Below are positions 63,775 through 64,000 of a stretch of DNA of 64,000 nt, piece by piece. The notes under the pieces were generated by a model, which saw nothing but the letters and a program-made list of their open reading frames with translations, did not search any database and was not told the origin of the DNA. Every line of letters begins with the position of its first letter. Within the stretch, counting starts at the first letter, position 1. The DNA is from Takakia lepidozioides. Its lineage: Eukaryota; Plantae; Bryophyta. A program made the position numbers and the translations under genes. The stretch spans positions 17,298,001 through 17,362,000 of the forward strand of contig CM060733.1 in the NCBI GenBank assembly GCA_030704615.1. Reading direction: 5' to 3'.

Positions 63775-64000
63775 CTGCACACCCTCATGGACCCCACAGA
63801 CTGTGTTACTAAATACCTTGGGAGTAGATCTTGCATAATTTATCCTTTGGCGCATACAGCAAGTGCACCCGCTTTTTGCATTACGGGGACAGGCTAATAC
63901 TCCCAGAGCCTTCAGTCTTTAACAAATCGGAAACCGAGTGGAGGCTTGACTGTTTGTTTGAAGAGCTCATTCCATAGAATCATCATCCGTCTTCAGCAAG

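Overview
Eukaryotic, transposon-dense plant genomic DNA, most likely from a non-seed land plant with flagellated sperm (inferred from a CEP290-like ciliary gene together with a class III peroxidase and an F-box/kelch gene). It is not prokaryotic and has no CRISPR array. Host genes: an intact, intronless mitochondrial citrate synthase (30131-31537 +), an intronless F-box/kelch gene (40247-41719 -), three isolated exons of a P2B Ca2+-ATPase (37662-40004 +), a multi-exon CEP290-like gene that seems to encode only the C-terminal part (about 56411-61850 -), and the 3' exons of a class III peroxidase (62681-63774 -). The rest is nested transposons. These include three stacked Ty3/gypsy elements (a PHD-finger element, a second element abutting it, and a young 10-kb element inserted in the second element's gag with a 4-bp TSD), a deleted Ty1/copia with an internal fold-back, and two members of an intron-containing SWIM/Mutator-like family. 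Also present are a piggyBac transposase remnant with a TTAA-CCC end (unusual for a land plant), a complete non-autonomous CACTA, a tRNA-derived SINE, several LINE pieces, and an unclassified DNA-transposon pair sharing GAGCC termini. All calls come from reading the sequence by eye. No searches were run, so family assignments rest on remembered motifs, and mismatch counts are approximate manual tallies.
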